A DNA stretch of 64,000 bases from Sphyrna mokarran. Its lineage: Eukaryota. The position numbers were made by a program, and so were the translations under genes. Within the stretch, counting starts at the first letter, position 1. Each line of letters starts with the position of its first letter. Location: contig JAGIQG010000009.1 in assembly GCA_024679065.1 (NCBI GenBank), forward strand, positions 81,282,001 to 81,346,000, in the 5' to 3' direction. Positions 61,482-64,000 of this stretch are shown here, one piece after another. A model generated the notes under the pieces. The model worked only from the letters and a program-made list of their open reading frames with translations, was not told the DNA's origin and did not search any database.

Positions 61482-61779
61482 TAGGCGTAGCTGTTATCTT
61501 GCTGACAGTAATAATCAGCGACATCCTCATTCTGAACATTGCTGATTGTCAGGGTGAATCTTGTCCCAGATCCACTGCCGCTGAATCGGTCGGATACTCC
61601 TGTGAATCGCTTTGATGCATCGTAGATCAGCAGAGCCGGTTTCTGTCCTTCTCGCTGTTGATACCATTGCAGATTATTGCTAACAGATTGACTGGCCGTA
61701 CAGGTGATGGTGGCGGTCTGGCCCAGGCTCAATGACAGCACCGGGGGAGTCTGGGTCATGATGATCTCTCCATTGATAC
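61482..61779 (-). CDS. IGKV: Ig kappa-type V exon, cluster 3 (…[17 protein letters not shown]…DASKRFTG…[11 protein letters not shown])
   Basis: Intact V domain; AG acceptor at 61780-61781; 12-RSS. Confidence 0.97.
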
Positions 61780-61965
61780 CTGAGGGATAATAGAGAAACA
61801 GAGTGAAGTAAGAACTGTCACAGAAAGAGGCTGGACAATGAGATATTGTTGGAGACACTGACTGTTCCTCTCCTTTCAACATTTTCCCTTCAATCACAAG
61901 TCAGGAGAATTGGATTGAAATAGAGAGCAGGAAAATATTCAAGGTGGAAGGAGAGAGATTAGTAC

Positions 61966-62014
61966 CTGCGATGCAGAATGCCAGAGGCCAGAGCAGCTGG
62001 ATGGCTGAAATCAT
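61966..62014 (-). CDS. IGKV: Leader exon of V3, MISAIQLLWPLAFCIA
   Basis: ATG at 62014; GT donor at 61965-61964. Confidence 0.93.
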
Positions 62015-62074
62015 GGTGTGTGCTCGTGTCCCTGTGCCTGGTTACTGATAAACTCTCCCTTCACTGGGCTCTGC

Positions 62075-62172
62075 TTTATAAAGCTGCAGCCTGTGAGAGT
62101 CTCACTGCCTGTTCCTCAGTTTGTAAATGGTCTGACCCAGAGAAACCACGTCAGCACTTTTCACTTCCTCTT
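62075..62172 (-). promoter_or_regulatory. V3 promoter (TATA, degenerate octamer, TGACGTGG, EICE)
   Basis: Same motifs; TGACGTGG 62146-62153; GGAAGTGAAA 62159-62168. Confidence 0.75.
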
Positions 62173-62579
62173 CTTCTCTCTCCAGAGTGTCTGAGGGACA
62201 GAGACTGAGGGACAGAGACTGAGGTACAGTGACCCTCAGTCTCTGTCCCTGAGACTTGTCCCTCAGATTCTCTCTCTCATTCTCTCGATATCTCGACCTT
62301 CACTCGCTGTCTCTCTCTCTCTCTCTCTCATTCTCAGTCTTTCTCTCTCGATATCTGTCCCTCAGTCTCTGTCTCCCTCGCTCTATTGATACGTCTCCCT
62401 CAATTGCTGTCTCTTTCACTCCATTAATCTCTGTTTCTATCCCCCACCCTCTCACTGTCTCTGTTTCTTGTCCTTCCTGTCCCACATTGTTTATTTACCC
62501 TCTCATTCACTCTTTCTTTTTCTCTCCTTATTCTCCCTCCCTCTATTCCTCAGTTTTTCCTTCACTTTATCTCATAGAG

Positions 62580-64000
62580 TCATTGAGGTTTACAGCAAGG
62601 AAACAGGCCCTTCAGCCCCACTTGTCCATGCTGCCCTTTTTTTAAACTCTTTACTCCAGTTGCTGCATTTGGCCCATATCCATCGATACCCATCTTACCC
62701 CTGTGACTGCCGAAATGCTTTTTAAAAGACAAAATTGTACCTGCCTCTGTTACTATCTTTGGCAACTTGTTCCAGACACTCACCACCCTCTGTGTGAAAA
62801 CATTGCCTATTTGGACACTTTTATATCTCTCCCCGACTCGCTTTAAACATCTGTCCTCCTGTTTTAGAATCCCCAACTTTGAGAAAAAATATTGATTGTC
62901 ATGTTGACCTATGTCCCTCATTACATTATAAACCTCTTTAAGGTCACCCTTCAGTCTTCCACGCTCCAGACAAAAAAGTCCCAGTCGATCCAGCCTCTCC
63001 TGATAACCCAAACCATCAAATCCGTAGCATTCTAGTCTTTTCTGCACTCTTTCTAATTTAATAATTTTTTTCTATAACAGGGTGACCAGGACTGTACACA
63101 GTATTCCAAATGTGGCCTTACCAACGTCTTGTACAACTTCAACATAATGTTCTGACTCCGATATTCCATGTTCTGACTAATGAAAGCAAGCATGCCGAAT
63201 GCCTTCTTCACCCTTTTGACAACCTGTGACTCCACCTTCAAGGAGCTATGAACATTTACCCCTCAACCTTTTTGTTCTGTAACTCTCCCCAGTGCCCCAC
63301 CAGTAACTAAGTAAGTCCTGCCTTGGTTCAATCTACCAAAATACATCACCTTACATTTATCGAAATTAAACTGCAGCTATCATTTGTCAGCCTATTAGTC
63401 CAATTCCTGTTGCAATCGGAGATAACTTTCTTCACTGTCCACTATGCCACCAGTCTTAGTGTCATCTGCAAACATATTAATCATATCTCTATATTCTCAT
63501 CCAAATCATTAATATAAACGACAAATCACATTGACCCAGCATCGACCCTTGTGGAACATCACTCATTCTCTTTGTTCCTCTGTATTCTCACCTCACTCTG
63601 CCCCAGAAGAGGTGCCATCCTCCTGGGATCCACTCTGTCAGTCCCCTCACAATCTGATATGGTTCAATAAGATCACCTCTCATTCTTTTAAACTCCAATG
63701 GGTTTAGGCCCAACCTATCCAACTTTTCTTCAAATGATAACCCCTCACCCCTCAATATGTTGAGTGAACCTTCTCCGAACTGCTTCAAACACAATGATAT
63801 CCTTTTTCAAACAAGAAGACCTAAACTACTACACGCAGTATTCCAGATGTCATCTCAGCAAGACCCTGTACAACTGCAGTAAAACTTCCCTATTTATATA
63901 TTCCATTCTCCTTGTAATAAACACCAACATTCCGTTTGTCTTCCTAATCACTTGCTGTAGCTGCAAACTAACTTGTTGTGATTCATGTCCCAGGACAGCC
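62580..64000 (-). mobile_element. Nested degenerate CR1-type LINE fragments (paralog of 28260-29660)
   Basis: ORFs 62580-63047 and 63053-63241 ([15 protein letters not shown]). Confidence 0.85.

Larger units (their letters stand above)
1..64000 (-). repeat. Tandem segmental duplication of the V-J-C minilocus (periods 23,791 and 34,317 bp between leader ATGs)
   Basis: Collinear homology of genes, introns and old TEs among the units; the length difference is largely explained by unit-specific CR1/SINE insertions and deletions. Confidence 0.95.

Overview
This window is eukaryotic DNA from a cartilaginous fish (shark-like; the species cannot be determined from the sequence). It holds part of an immunoglobulin kappa-type light-chain locus in cluster organisation, all on the minus strand. 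There are two complete L-V-J-C miniloci: V 61482-62014 / J 60786-60820 / C 53136-53464, and V 27165-27697 / J 26593-26627 / C 19796-20124. A third minilocus contributes its L-V-J (V 3374-3906 / J 2432-2466); its C lies off-window to the left. All V and J segments are unrearranged, with 12-bp (V) and 23-bp (J) spacer RSSs and intact splice sites. The miniloci are a tandem segmental duplication with periods of about 23.8 and 34.3 kb. The spacers are filled with CR1-type LINEs (one near full length), V-SINE/HE1-like SINEs, a decayed Gypsy LTR element and two minisatellites. Notable observations: (i) all three J segments encode FAKG instead of FGxG; (ii) a copy-number-variable 61-bp minisatellite lies between each V and J, and paralog relatedness switches at it, suggesting germline V-module swapping between clusters; (iii) the clusters are closely spaced and co-oriented, so inter-cluster V-J joining or editing is geometrically possible; (iv) there is a candidate regulatory grammar (EICE, UPRE/CRE, degenerate octamer, kE2, a muE1/YY1-like site and a TALE/NF-Y antisense module); (v) several templated or inverted insertion scars are present. 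Coordinates were read by eye: Ig exon and RSS boundaries are exact, while TE boundaries are approximate unless a TSD is given.
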